A stretch of DNA of 64,000 bases from Burkholderiales bacterium (GCA_020848435.1 JADLAC010000009.1:89765-153764); one strand, 5' to 3'. Shown: positions 1 through 10,034, numbered from the stretch's first letter. Notes: a model not told the origin generated them from the sequence alone. A program made the numbers and translations.

Positions 1-197
1 ATGAAGGCTTCACCCAGGTTGGAGAAGTCCGGTTCAATAAGCGCTCGAGCGGCGGCCGGACCCTTCAATCGTACCGTGACCGCGGGCGCCGGTCCGAGGT
101 CGTAGGCGAGGCCATTCCAGAGTTGCAGCCGCAGCGGAACGGGCGTGCTATCGAGCAGCCGCTGCGCGAATCGTGCCAGGCGCTTCTCGACGAACAT
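1..197 (-). CDS. SAM-dependent methyltransferase of the cyclopropane-fatty-acyl-phospholipid synthase family, N-terminal part only (gene runs off the window)
   Basis: Manual reverse translation from ATG at 197-195 gives MFVEKRLARFAQRLLDSTPVPLRLQLWNGLAYDLGPAPAVTVRLKGPAAARALIEPDFSNLGEAF. This resembles the N-terminus of Cfa-family enzymes (RL.LWDG...V.L....L..L...P...LGEAYM). GGAGGTG lies 6 nt upstream. The ORF is open to position 1. Confidence 0.5.
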   Translation of the reverse strand, partial: MFVEKRLARFAQRLLDSTPVPLRLQLWNGLAYDLGPAPAVTVRLKGPAAARALIEPDFSNLGEAF

Positions 198-214
198 GGG
201 CGATCACCTCCATG

Positions 215-2281
215 CTAGTTCGTTTCACTCGGGATCTGTGCCAGCGTAGAGCGCCATGCGGCGGCCTCGCCGTCGCTCGGCGCACGCCAATCGCCGCGCG
301 GCGACAACGACCCTCCCGAGCCGACCTTGGGCGCATTGGCGATGCAACTGCGCTTGTATTGGCTCAACTGGAAAAAGCGCAACAGGAACACGTCGAGCCA
401 ATGCCTGATCTGATCGAGCGAATACTGATTGCGTTTGCCCTCGGGCACGTCGGGCCAACGGCCGCGGTCGCGGTCGCTCCACGCGCTGTAGGCGAGATAG
501 GCCACTTTCGGCGGCGCGTAGCCGAAGCGCAAGACGTAGTAGAGGATGAAATCCTGCAGCTCGTAAGGCCCGACGACCGATTCGGAGCGCTGCGCCGGCT
601 GGTTCGCCGCATCGCCCGGGACGAGCTCCGGGCTGATCTCCGTATCGACGATGTCGTTCAACACCGCCGAGGCGTCGGCGCCGAGCTCGCCGCGCGCCGC
701 CACCCAACGCACGAGGTACTGGATCAGCGTCTTGGGAATGCTGGCGTTCACGTGATAGTGCGCCATGTGATCGCCCACGCCATAGGTCGACCAGCCGAGC
801 GCAAGCTCGCTCAAGTCGCTGGTGCCCACGACTGGCGCATTATGCTGATTGGCGAGCCGGAACAGATGACTGGTGCGCTCGCCGGCCTGTACGTTTTCGA
901 ACGTGACGTCGAACACGCGCTCGCCGCGGCTGTAGGGATGATCGAGGTCCTTCAGCATTTGCAGGCACGAGGGCCGGATATCGATTTCCCGAGCCGTCGC
1001 GCCCACGGCGCGCATGAGCCGGTGCGCCTGGTCGAGCGTCCGCCGGCTGGTCGCGAAACCCGGCATCGTGTACGCCAGGATATCGCTGCGCGGCAGCTCG
1101 AGCACGTCCATGGCGCGGGCGCATACCAGCAGGGCGTGGGTGGAGTCGAGGCCGCCCGAGACGCCGATCACGAGCTTGCGTGCCTGCATGGAGCGCAGGC
1201 GCTTGACCAGCCCTTGCACCTGGATCTCGTAGATCTCTTCGCAGCGCAAATCGCGACTGCGCAGGTCGGCGGGCACGTAGGGAAAACGGTCGTAGCAGCG
1301 CTCGAGCTTCACCACCGAGCGGGCGGGTCGATCGAGGGTGAAGTCGATCGTGCGAAACGAATCGATCGCATCGCGGTGCCGCTGCGCGGCCTGGGCGAAT
1401 GTGTTCTGGCGGATGCGATCCTGGACCAGGCGGTCGAGATCGAGGTCGGCGAACGCAAGCTGCGACCGATAGCGGAAACGCTCGGTTTCGGCCAACAGCG
1501 AACCGTTTTCATAGATGAAGCCGTGGCCATCCCAGGCGAGATCGGTGGTCGACTCGCCGAAGCCTGAGGCGCAGTACAAGTACGCCGCCAAGCAGCGTGC
1601 GGATTGGCTCGCGCCGAGCAGCCTGCGGTAATCGTCCTTGCCGACCACGACGTTGGACGCCGACAGATTGAGCAACACGAACGCACCCGCCAGCGCACCG
1701 AACGTGGAGGGCGCGATCGGTGCCCACAGATCCTCGCAAATCTCGACGTGGAGCTTCAGTCGAGCGACGTCGGCCGCGGCAAAGATGAGCGTGCTGCCGA
1801 ACGGCACATCGCGCTGTTCGCACAAGTCGATACTGCTGCGGCGACAAGCATCGCCGGAGGCGAAATGACGCAGCTCGTAGAACTCGCGGTAATTGGGCAG
1901 GTAGGTTTTCGGCACGACGCCCAGGATCCGGCCGCGGCACAGGGCGACCGCGCAATTCAACAGGCTGCCTTCGATCTCGATGGGCATGCCGACCACCGCA
2001 AGCATGGCATGGTCCTGGCTGACTGCGAGCAGCGCGCGCAAAGCCTCGACTGCCTTGCCGAGCAATGCCTGCTGGTGGAACAGGTCGTCGCAGGAATAGC
2101 CGGTGAGCCCCAGCTCGGGAAACGCGACCACGCAGGCGCCCTTTTCGGACGCCGCGCCCATCAAGCGCGCCGTTTCAGCGGCGTTGAACTCGGGATCGGC
2201 CACGCGCACCTCGGGCACCGCGACCGCGGTGCGGACGAAGCCCTGGCGATACAGATCGAAAAATTTGCTGGCGTCGCTCAT
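215..2281 (-). CDS. nadE: Glutamine-dependent NAD+ synthetase (long form: N-terminal nitrilase/CN-hydrolase domain plus C-terminal NAD synthase domain)
   Basis: 688-aa ORF. The N-terminus (VRVADPEFNA...FPELGLTGYSCDDLF) is typical of the glutaminase domain. The SGGLDS P-loop of the ATP-pyrophosphatase domain is present (VIGVSGGLDSTHALL). Confidence 0.9.
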   Translation of the reverse strand: MSDASKFFDLYRQGFVRTAVAVPEVRVADPEFNAAETARLMGAASEKGACVVAFPELGLTGYSCDDLFHQQALLGKAVEALRALLAVSQDHAMLAVVGMPIEIEGSLLNCAVALCRGRILGVVPKTYLPNYREFYELRHFASGDACRRSSIDLCEQRDVPFGSTLIFAAADVARLKLHVEICEDLWAPIAPSTFGALAGAFVLLNLSASNVVVGKDDYRRLLGASQSARCLAAYLYCASGFGESTTDLAWDGHGFIYENGSLLAETERFRYRSQLAFADLDLDRLVQDRIRQNTFAQAAQRHRDAIDSFRTIDFTLDRPARSVVKLERCYDRFPYVPADLRSRDLRCEEIYEIQVQGLVKRLRSMQARKLVIGVSGGLDSTHALLVCARAMDVLELPRSDILAYTMPGFATSRRTLDQAHRLMRAVGATAREIDIRPSCLQMLKDLDHPYSRGERVFDVTFENVQAGERTSHLFRLANQHNAPVVGTSDLSELALGWSTYGVGDHMAHYHVNASIPKTLIQYLVRWVAARGELGADASAVLNDIVDTEISPELVPGDAANQPAQRSESVVGPYELQDFILYYVLRFGYAPPKVAYLAYSAWSDRDRGRWPDVPEGKRNQYSLDQIRHWLDVFLLRFFQLSQYKRSCIANAPKVGSGGSLSPRGDWRAPSDGEAAAWRSTLAQIPSETN

Positions 2282-2453
2282 GGGCCTGGGTCTTCGTGCG
2301 CTGTGCCGGCAACTATCGCACCCGTCGGGAAGATGGATGCTGAATGGATTCTAACAGGCAAGCCTGCGGTTTGAACGCAACCGGGTCGGGCGAGGGGGCA
2401 GCAACGAACTTCCTGATGGATCAGGCGCGCGAAGTGCCGCGGCGGCGATCGGC

Positions 2454-2480
2454 AAAAAAAACGCCGGCTCCGGGCCGGCG
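2454..2480 (-). terminator. Rho-independent terminator downstream of the 2503-2961 ORF
   Basis: The 7-bp GC stem CGCCGGC/GCCGGCG (2462-2480) is followed, on the minus strand, by a run of 8 T (A-run 2454-2461 on the plus strand). Confidence 0.55.
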
Positions 2481-2502
2481 CTGAGCAGTCACGAACAACG
2501 CC

Positions 2503-2961
2503 CTAGCCGAAGATCACCCGGCGCTTGAACGATTGGAATGCGCCGTCGTCACGAGCCCGCAACCACCGTTGCGAGAAGCGCTGACCTTCTTCGCTCTGCT
2601 TCCAGAGCAGTGTCTCCAGTTCCTGGCGTTTCTCGTGGATCGCGGCTGGCCAGTGGCCCTTGCCCCTGTCGGCCAGCAACGTGCGTCGCAACGCCCACCA
2701 ATCGGTCTCGAGCCACGCGCGCTTCGGGCCCCGCGTGCCGGGCGGGCGGGTGCGGCGCAGCCAGTACTCGAATCCACTCGCTTGCCAGCCGACCCAGCGG
2801 TCGCGGTCGGGCCAGTGAACCTGGTCGGGAACGAGTCCCTCGGCGCGCAACTGCGCCTGCGTGCCTATCCATTCGACGCCCTCTCTCGGCGTGATTTCGA
2901 CGATGAGATCGCTTGCGATCACGTCGGCCGCGGGCGCGGGGTATTTCATCCGAGTCGTCAT
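2503..2961 (-). CDS. Hypothetical protein (152 aa, Trp/Arg-rich, no family recognised)
   Basis: An ORF with a non-shadow-like composition, followed by a terminator. I could assign no motif. Confidence 0.45.
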   Translation of the reverse strand: MTTRMKYPAPAADVIASDLIVEITPREGVEWIGTQAQLRAEGLVPDQVHWPDRDRWVGWQASGFEYWLRRTRPPGTRGPKRAWLETDWWALRRTLLADRGKGHWPAAIHEKRQELETLLWKQSEEGQRFSQRWLRARDDGAFQSFKRRVIFG

Positions 2962-3262
2962 GCGGCCAGTCTCCTGCCGTTGCGTTTTGCCTTGCCGACG
3001 CCAATGCTATGGGGGCGCGGTGCGAGGCTCGTTGACATAGGTCAAGGCGCTACTTGGCGGCCGCCGGGCACCTCCCTCGAACACCAGTCGCCTGCTGCTA
3101 TGGGAATGATGGGCGTTGAATCGCGACAGAGCTCGCGGCATCATGCATCGGTCGATTCATTGCTCGCGCACGACCCTGCCGTCCACGGGCATGATGCCTG
3201 CTTGCGCTGTCCCATCCGCGGAGCCGGTCGCGACCCGCAACGTTCATCTCCCGGGAGCCGCC

Positions 3263-6133
3263 ATGCGACTGAACAAAGGTTATCTCCTGATCAGCGTGGC
3301 GATCGTGCTCGGAGTGCTCGCCACGGTCGCGTGGTATTTCCACAGAGTCGAGGAAGCGAAGAAGCAACACGTGCTGCAGCAAGCGGCACAGAAGTATTTC
3401 GAGCAGGAAAAGGCGGCGCAAGCGACAGCCGCCGGGGAAGCACACGCGGCAGCGCAAGCGCGCACCGAGCACTCAGGGCCGGCCGCGCTCGCCGGCGACG
3501 CTCGCCCACGCATGGCGCAAGGATCGCCCCAGGCGAGCGGCGGTCCGAGTTTCTCCCAGGTCCCCGAGTCGCCCCTGCTTTCCACGGCTCTCTTGTTGAC
3601 GGCGCTCACGGCGCTTGGATTGGGGGGCAGCACGTACCGCTTGGCGAAGCAGAAAGGGCGTGTTCTGTTGGAACGCGACCGCCTCGCGCAGGAGCTCGAC
3701 CATGCTCGCGCGGCCGACGCGTCCTCGCCCGGCCGTCCGGCGCCGCCTTGGCAGGAAACGGCGTTGATGATGGTCCGCGCCAGTGCCGCGCCCGCGATCG
3801 CCTACGATCTCGATGCCCGCGTGCTCGAAGTGAGCGAGGCCGTCACCCGGCTCACCGGCTATACCCGCATCGATATCCCCGACGTCAAGAGTTGGCTTAC
3901 CAAGGCGTTGCGAATCCCCGACAGCGAGCTCGACGCCGCGCTGGAATCGTTTCGCGGCAAGGTACACGGCGGCGACATCGAGACCCAAACGGTATGGGCT
4001 CGCGGCGGCGAGGCACGGACCTGGCTATGCCAACCCCTCGAAGTGTGGCCGCTGGAAGGTGACGCGCTGCTCCTGGTCGCGCGCGCGACCGACGTGACCG
4101 AGCAGACCGACGCCGTGCGGACCGCTCGCGAGGAAGCGGCTTGCCTGCGCCTCGCGGTCGCCGACGCCGAGCGCCGCGCTGGCGTCCAGGCGCCGGCGCC
4201 GGCTGCATCGGCGCGCGAAACAGAGCTTGCGGCACAACTGGCGCGACGCGACCAGGAATGCCAGGGACTCACGGCGCAGATGCGCGTGCTGAACGAACGC
4301 TTGAGCGCGCAGCAAGCCCAACTGGCCGAGCTGCCAGCGCGGGAGGCCGACGTCGCGCACGCTTCCGCAGCCTTAGCGCAGGATCAGCGGCAGCGCCGTG
4401 TCGTGCCGCCGACCGAGGATGCCGAGCGCTTTCTCCACTTTGCCGAACAGTTCGAAGACAGTCTTTGGCTTGCCGATCCGCGCGTGCCGCGCTTGATCTA
4501 CGCTGGCCCGCAGGCGGCCAAGCTGCGATTGCGGCCACTCGCGCGCATGCTCGAGGATTTCTCCGAATGGACGGCGGCGGTGCACGAGGACGATCGGGAA
4601 CGGGTGCGCCAGGCATTTGCCGGCGCCGCCGTCGAAGGCCGCTACGACGTGGAGTATCGCGTCGTGCGCGAAGACCGCGGCGTCGTCTGGCTGCACGATC
4701 GCGGGACCGCGGTGCATGACGCCCAGAAGCGGCTACGCTATATCGCCGGCATCACCGCCGATGTCACACTGCGGCGCAACGCCGACGACCTCATGCGCTC
4801 GAGCCTCGCCACGCTCAAGACCGTGGTCGATTGCGCTCCGGCGATGGTGTGGTTGAAGGATGCGCAAGGACGCTATCTCTTTGCCAATCGCGAGCACGAG
4901 CGCCTGACGGGTCTTTCAGGCGAGCAGCTACGCGGGATGACGGATTTCCAGGTCTTCCCGCGAGGCTTGGCCGAGCGCATGCATGAAAACGACGCACGCG
5001 CGCGCAGCGCCAAGACGGCGCAACAATTCGACGAGACGTTGCAGCTCGCCGACGGCCTGCACCATTACATCGCGCTCAAGTTCCCGGCGCGGCCCGCGGA
5101 CACGGCGTCCGGGGCGCTGTGCGGCATCGCGATCGATATCACCGAGCGGCGCCGCGGCGACGATGCGCTGCGCGCGGCCGAAAGCCGTTACCGTGCGATC
5201 TGCGCCGCCTTGCCCGAGCCACTGCTGATCGCGCGCGAAAACAAGCTCGTGTACGCGAACGCCGCCGCCGCCCGACTGCTGGGGACAACCGACGGCGAGG
5301 CGCTTGCAGGCACAGCGCTAGCGCAGCTCGGGACGGGTCTGGCGGAGCACGCCAAGACCCTTACCGCCGAGGAAGCGGGAGCTCGCCGTTTCGTGACCCG
5401 ACTCAAAGCTCGCGATGGGCGCGAGCTCGACGCCGAGGTCAGCGCCGCAAGCTATGAAACCGCCACCGAGCGTGCGGTCCAGTTCGTCGTGCAGGATGCC
5501 AGTGCAAGGAATGCGCGCTTGCGCGCCGAGCGGGCGCAGCGCGATGATCTCGCCGCGATCCTCGATCGATGCCCGGCACTCGTGTGGGTCGCGGATGCGA
5601 GCGATCGCGGCTACTTCAACCGAGCCTGCCTCGCCTGGCTCGGTGGCAAGACCGAGGAAGACGTTGCGCTCGACTTGCGCACCTGCTTGCATCCGGAAGA
5701 GCGCGAGGGGTGGTTGCAACGGCGCGCGCAGCACCAGCGGGAGGGGACGCCCTTCCACGGCGATTTTCGCTTGCGCCGATACGACGGCGAATTCCGCCGG
5801 GTCCATATCACCGCTCTGCCCCTCGCCTCCCCCGGCGGCGCCGACACACGTTTCGTCGGTGCCATCGAGGACATCACCGAGCAGCGTCAAACCGCCGAGG
5901 CGCTCGGTGTCGCGGACCAGCGCCTCGCGGCAGTCACGCGCCTGCTGAGCGCATCGCCCGGCGACGGTTTGACGCAAGTCAGGCAAACCGCCCGGATGGC
6001 GCTCGTCATGTTCCCGGGGGAAGCGGCGCTCGAACAAGCATCCGCCAAGGTGCTCAGCGAAGCCGGGCGCCTGGAGGGCAGCGTTGGCGAGTTGATCGCG
6101 AAGCTGCGCGCACAACAGGGGCTGCGCACCTGA
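3263..6133 (+). CDS. Membrane-anchored multi-PAS/PAC sensor protein with no recognisable output domain
   Basis: The start was trimmed to the ATG at 3263 (GGGAG 5 nt upstream; MRLNKGYLLISVAIVLGVLATVAWYF is a TM helix). A second TM segment follows (LLSTALLLTALTALGL), then repeated PAS/PAC-like modules (e.g. DVTEQ, ITADVTLRR, IDITERRR, IEDITEQRQ PAC ends). I saw no H-box/HATPase, GGDEF, EAL or HTH motif in the last ~70 aa. Confidence 0.7.
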   Translation: MRLNKGYLLISVAIVLGVLATVAWYFHRVEEAKKQHVLQQAAQKYFEQEKAAQATAAGEAHAAAQARTEHSGPAALAGDARPRMAQGSPQASGGPSFSQVPESPLLSTALLLTALTALGLGGSTYRLAKQKGRVLLERDRLAQELDHARAADASSPGRPAPPWQETALMMVRASAAPAIAYDLDARVLEVSEAVTRLTGYTRIDIPDVKSWLTKALRIPDSELDAALESFRGKVHGGDIETQTVWARGGEARTWLCQPLEVWPLEGDALLLVARATDVTEQTDAVRTAREEAACLRLAVADAERRAGVQAPAPAASARETELAAQLARRDQECQGLTAQMRVLNERLSAQQAQLAELPAREADVAHASAALAQDQRQRRVVPPTEDAERFLHFAEQFEDSLWLADPRVPRLIYAGPQAAKLRLRPLARMLEDFSEWTAAVHEDDRERVRQAFAGAAVEGRYDVEYRVVREDRGVVWLHDRGTAVHDAQKRLRYIAGITADVTLRRNADDLMRSSLATLKTVVDCAPAMVWLKDAQGRYLFANREHERLTGLSGEQLRGMTDFQVFPRGLAERMHENDARARSAKTAQQFDETLQLADGLHHYIALKFPARPADTASGALCGIAIDITERRRGDDALRAAESRYRAICAALPEPLLIARENKLVYANAAAARLLGTTDGEALAGTALAQLGTGLAEHAKTLTAEEAGARRFVTRLKARDGRELDAEVSAASYETATERAVQFVVQDASARNARLRAERAQRDDLAAILDRCPALVWVADASDRGYFNRACLAWLGGKTEEDVALDLRTCLHPEEREGWLQRRAQHQREGTPFHGDFRLRRYDGEFRRVHITALPLASPGGADTRFVGAIEDITEQRQTAEALGVADQRLAAVTRLLSASPGDGLTQVRQTARMALVMFPGEAALEQASAKVLSEAGRLEGSVGELIAKLRAQQGLRT

Positions 6134-6184
6134 CGCGGCTGCGCCGCGAGGCGCCCTCGGGGAACACCGGCGCGCCATCGAAGC

Positions 6185-6214
6185 GCCAATAGCCAATGGC
6201 CAATGGCCAATGGC
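6185..6214. repeat. Intergenic heptanucleotide tandem repeat (GCCAATG x3, flanked by degenerate copies)
   Basis: Direct reading: GCCAATA GCCAATG GCCAATG GCCAATG GCCGCCA. Confidence 0.6.
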
Positions 6215-6485
6215 CGCCATCGGCCCAGACTACCGCGCGCCTGTCGGCCAGGAGCGACAGCGTCGCGTGCTCGTGCCGCGGGGCGTATCAGCTTCGGTAC
6301 GGACCGGACTGGTCGGCTTTGGCGCGCACTGGACTGGGCTTCGGCACGCAGCGGGCTGGTCCGCTTCGGCGCCGTCCGCGCTCGATCAAGGCAGCCCGCA
6401 GGGCTGCGGCGAGATGCGAACAGCCCTCCAGAGGCACAACCGTTGCGTGGCTCACGCACCGGATGTCAACGGACGGAGACGACCC

Positions 6486-6812
6486 ATGGCACAGACACGT
6501 TTCAGCAAGCTACTGATGACTCTATGCGCAGCGCTCGCACTTGGCCTTTCGGCCTGCGCCACCGATCAAGCCGAGTCGCGCCGCAGTGCCGGTGAGTTCG
6601 CCAGCGACGCGGCCTTGACCGCCAAGGTAAAGACCGCGATCGCGAGCGACGTCGGCGCACCGACGGCTGCGAACATCAACGTGCAAAGCTATCGCGGCGA
6701 AGTGCAGCTGAGCGGCTTCGTCGCGAGCGCCGAACAAGCGAGCCGCGCGCTCGCCGCGGCCAACGGCGTCGACGGCGTGCGCATGATAAGGAACGATGTT
6801 CGAGTGAAATAG
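6486..6812 (+). CDS. BON-domain lipoprotein (OsmY-like)
   Basis: The start was trimmed to the ATG at 6486. The signal peptide has a lipobox, LGLSAC. The BON-like core reads DAALTAKVKTAIASD...NINVQSYRGEVQLSGFV...A...A..V.GV..I.N. Confidence 0.75.
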   Translation: MAQTRFSKLLMTLCAALALGLSACATDQAESRRSAGEFASDAALTAKVKTAIASDVGAPTAANINVQSYRGEVQLSGFVASAEQASRALAAANGVDGVRMIRNDVRVK

Positions 6813-6986
6813 GCGACGCCTCCGCTCGTGCCGCGCCGCGCGGATCGAACGCGAGTCGTGGCGGCCGCGGCGCGAGCGGACCGACCCGGAAGTTGCCGGG
6901 ATGTACGCCAGAGTGTTTCCGGCATCGCCGGCTTAAGTCTTCGTTCGCCGCAGCCGGCGATCCTTTCGCAACCCTGGAGGCCGCCC

Positions 6987-7205
6987 ATGGCGAGCGCATC
7001 CGCGCCGATCGATTACGATCCGAACGCGCACATCTATTGCCACGTCTGCAAGTCCATACAGCCGCTCGTGGTCGACGAGCCCCAACCGGGTGATGGCGGC
7101 GAATTCGAAGCCGCCACCGACCTCGTTTGCGGCGCTTGCCAATTCATCGTCGCTACCACGTACATGGCGAGAACGGGCCCGCGCGATTGTCCCCGTGCCG
7201 GTTAG
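6987..7205 (+). CDS. Small zinc-ribbon-like protein (72 aa, CxxC...CxxC)
   Basis: ATG at 6987 follows CTGGAGG. There are two CxxC pairs (CHVC, CGAC). The function is unknown. Confidence 0.4.
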   Translation: MASASAPIDYDPNAHIYCHVCKSIQPLVVDEPQPGDGGEFEAATDLVCGACQFIVATTYMARTGPRDCPRAG

Positions 7206-7275
7206 ACTCCCGCCGCGAACATTTCTTCGCCTTACGCTGCGCATGGGGCGCGAGCATTCGGGCGGTGATCGCCGT

Positions 7276-8409
7276 CTATCGATCGACGCGATAGCGAGCG
7301 AGCTTTGCCGCATCCAGCGTGAGCCCGATTCCCGGACCTTCGGGCAGGTGGAGCAAGCCGTCGCGGATGGCGATATCCTGTTCGCAGACGCGGTCCTGCG
7401 CGTCGAGGAAGGTGCTGATCTCGTGGGCGTGAAGAGCGCAATACGTGCACGCGAAATGACCGCCTGACGCCGTGCCGATGTGCATGTCGGCCTGCGTGCC
7501 GTTGTGCGCCGGCGTGTAGAAAGCTCGGGCGAGCTCCAGGATCCGGCGCGACTGCGTATACCCGGTGCGCGCGCACTTGATCACGACCGCACGAATCGCG
7601 CCGAGCTTGAGCTGGTCCAGCACGTCGTCCGGCGTCATGCAGGAGTCGTCGCCGGAGATCGGCACGCGCATGCGCTCGGCCGCGAAACGCTTGCCCGCCG
7701 CGTCACGTGCCGGCACCGGCTCCTCGACCAGCGCGATGCCGAGCTCCTCGAAGTGCGGCGCGGCCTCGATCAGATCCTGCGCGCTGTAGCCCTGGTTGCA
7801 GTCGATCGATATTTCGACCTCCGCGCCGACCAGCTTGCGCAGCGCGCGCAAGATGCGCACATCCTTGCGCCGATCGACGCCGCACTTCACCTTGAATGCG
7901 CGAAAGCCGTAGCGCGCCATCTGGCTCTCGGCTTCCGCCAGCATGCCGTGCTCGTCGGCGAGGCTGAGCCGCCAGTTCACGGGCAGCGGTCTCAAGCTCC
8001 CGCCCATGAGCTGCGCGCACGAGATGCCGAGCGCTTTCGCCTGCGCGTCGTGCAACGCCATGTCGATACCAGCTTTGACCGTCGGATTCCAGGCGATCGC
8101 ATCGAACACCTGCCACAGCGCGTCGATGTCGAAGGCGTTGAGACCTTCGACGCGGGGCGCGAAATGCTTGCCGATCGCGGCGAGGATGGATTCCTGCGTC
8201 TCGCCGTAAATGGTCGGCCGCGGCGGTGCGTCCGCTATCCCGCGGGTGCCGTCGGAAAGCGTCACGACGATGACGACGTTGTCGATCGTTCCAATCTCGC
8301 CGCGCGCCCATTTGATGGGGCGCAGGAGCGGGATCGCGACGGGAATCGGCTCCAGCCGTTGCACCGTGAGGTCACGGTAACGCAGGTATGCGCTGGTATC
8401 GACAGTCAT
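7276..8409 (-). CDS. Enolase-superfamily enzyme (mandelate racemase / muconate lactonizing enzyme family)
   Basis: Only the C-terminal 377 aa of the 754-aa track ORF look real; the start is MTVDTSAYLRY at 8409. The family pattern is recognisable: FKVKCG, ISIDCNQGY, LVEEP, SGDDS. Confidence 0.85.
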   Translation of the reverse strand: MTVDTSAYLRYRDLTVQRLEPIPVAIPLLRPIKWARGEIGTIDNVVIVVTLSDGTRGIADAPPRPTIYGETQESILAAIGKHFAPRVEGLNAFDIDALWQVFDAIAWNPTVKAGIDMALHDAQAKALGISCAQLMGGSLRPLPVNWRLSLADEHGMLAEAESQMARYGFRAFKVKCGVDRRKDVRILRALRKLVGAEVEISIDCNQGYSAQDLIEAAPHFEELGIALVEEPVPARDAAGKRFAAERMRVPISGDDSCMTPDDVLDQLKLGAIRAVVIKCARTGYTQSRRILELARAFYTPAHNGTQADMHIGTASGGHFACTYCALHAHEISTFLDAQDRVCEQDIAIRDGLLHLPEGPGIGLTLDAAKLARYRVDR

Positions 8410-8501
8410 TCGCAGTCTCTCCACATCGACGCCCGGATCGCGCGCGCGTGCCGTAGCGGGTTCTCGCAGCGGATCACGACCCCGCGCCGATTCCTCGTCG
8501 T

Positions 8502-10034
8502 TCAATAGCTCGTCGGCCAGGTGCGCATCAGGTGCTGGCCGACGCCATGGGTCAGGCGCATGCGGTGTATCTCCAGCATGCGTATGAGCCAGGCGCGAGT
8601 GTCCCGCGGGTCGATCACGTCCTGCGCGGTATACACGGCTGCCATGTCGTACGCCGTGGTCCCCTTGGACATTCGAGCGACGGCCTGGTCGTACTCGGCA
8701 CGATCCTTTTCCGGGTCCACGCCGAAGACGACGCGCGCACCGAAATCGGGGCGCATGAAACTGATCTCCGCGCTGACCCAGCAAGCGAGCTCGTCGGCAT
8801 TGCCGCCCCCACCCATATTCGATACCGCGAGGCCGTAAGTCTTGCGCGTGACGACCGAAATCTTGGGCACGGTCGCGAGCGTCATGGCATTCAACCAGTT
8901 CATCACCTTGCCGGTGACACCTTTCTGCTCGCCTTCGATGCCGATCAGAAACCCGGGCTGGTCGACCAGCAGCACCACCGGGATGTTGAATGAATCGCAC
9001 AGCACGAACAAGCTCTGTACCTTCTGGCATTCGTCGGCGCCGATCGCCCCGCCGCGGTGCAGCGGGTTGTTCGCGATGATGCCGATCGACTTTCCGTCGA
9101 GCCGCGCGAGCGCGGTGACGATCGCCCGCCCGTAGCGCGACTTCAGCTCGAACATCGAATCCCGATCGACGATGCAGCGGACGATGTTGCGCACGTCGTA
9201 GACCTGGTTGTTCGATTCCGGCAGCAGCGTGAGTATCCGATCCATGTCCGCGCCCGAGCCCTCCGCCACCGGATGCTCGGGCGGCGGCTCGTTGCAATGC
9301 GACGGCAGGTACGACAGGAACTGCTTGATCGCGTCGATCGCCTGCTCGTCGGTATCGACCACCTGGTCGGCGAGACCGCTTACTTCCGAATGCACACGCC
9401 AGCCGCCCAGTTCCTCGCCATCGACCGCGCGACCGATCGCCATCGAGATCAGCCGCGGGCTGGAAACGGCCATTACGCTGCCCTTGCGCATCACGCAGAA
9501 GTCCGACATCGAGGCGTACCACGCGGAAGACCCGTAGCAATAGCCCAGGACCGCGGCGGCCCAGGGTGATTCGCGCATGCGCTGGTACTCCACTGGATCG
9601 TCCTTCGATCCGATCGACTCCGCCCCCATCACGTCCGGCATGCGCGCGCCGGTCGATTCGCCGAGGAACACGATCGGAATGCCGCGCTTGCGAGCGACGC
9701 CCTTCATGTGCTTCAGCTTCTTGATGTTCATCGTCGCGCTGGAGGCGCCTTTCACCGTGAAGTCGTTCGCGATCACAGCCGCTTCGCGCCCCGCGATCCG
9801 GCCGAAGCCCGCGACCTTGCCGTCGGCCGGCGTGCTGTCGCGATCCTCCTGCCGGTTCGAGACGGCATAGCGTCCGGATTCGATGAAGCTACCCGGATCG
9901 AACAGCCGGTCGACGCGCTCGCGCGCGTTCAACAGCCCTTGAGCCTTGCGCTCCGCGAGCTTCCTGGGTCCGCCCATCGCCAGCGCTTTCTGCTTGCGGG
10001 CTTCCAGCTCGTTCAATAGATCGTCAAACGCCAC
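8502..10034 (-). CDS. Acyl-CoA carboxyltransferase (propionyl-CoA carboxylase beta / transcarboxylase 12S family)
   Basis: 510 aa. The N-terminus is typical (LEARKQKALAMGGPRKLAERKAQGLLNARERVDRLFDPGSFIE...GFGRIAGREAAVIANDFTVKGAS). The start overlaps the stop of the upstream gene by 11 nt. Confidence 0.85.
   Translation of the reverse strand: MAFDDLLNELEARKQKALAMGGPRKLAERKAQGLLNARERVDRLFDPGSFIESGRYAVSNRQEDRDSTPADGKVAGFGRIAGREAAVIANDFTVKGASSATMNIKKLKHMKGVARKRGIPIVFLGESTGARMPDVMGAESIGSKDDPVEYQRMRESPWAAAVLGYCYGSSAWYASMSDFCVMRKGSVMAVSSPRLISMAIGRAVDGEELGGWRVHSEVSGLADQVVDTDEQAIDAIKQFLSYLPSHCNEPPPEHPVAEGSGADMDRILTLLPESNNQVYDVRNIVRCIVDRDSMFELKSRYGRAIVTALARLDGKSIGIIANNPLHRGGAIGADECQKVQSLFVLCDSFNIPVVLLVDQPGFLIGIEGEQKGVTGKVMNWLNAMTLATVPKISVVTRKTYGLAVSNMGGGGNADELACWVSAEISFMRPDFGARVVFGVDPEKDRAEYDQAVARMSKGTTAYDMAAVYTAQDVIDPRDTRAWLIRMLEIHRMRLTHGVGQHLMRTWPTSY

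Noticed and set aside
2533-4062. 509-aa plus-strand ORF overlapping the 2503-2961 gene and the PAS gene start. Also the 3116 start of the PAS ORF.
   Set aside because: The 509-aa ORF is an off-frame, low-complexity Arg/Pro/Ala-rich translation. For the PAS protein, the region between 3116 and 3262 lacks an RBS and precedes the obvious TM start at 3263.
8410-9540. N-terminal 377 aa of the 754-aa track ORF 7276-9540.
   Set aside because: This part overlaps the carboxyltransferase gene in another frame and is Arg/Gly/Pro-rich nonsense. The enolase-superfamily homology begins at the internal Met at 8409.
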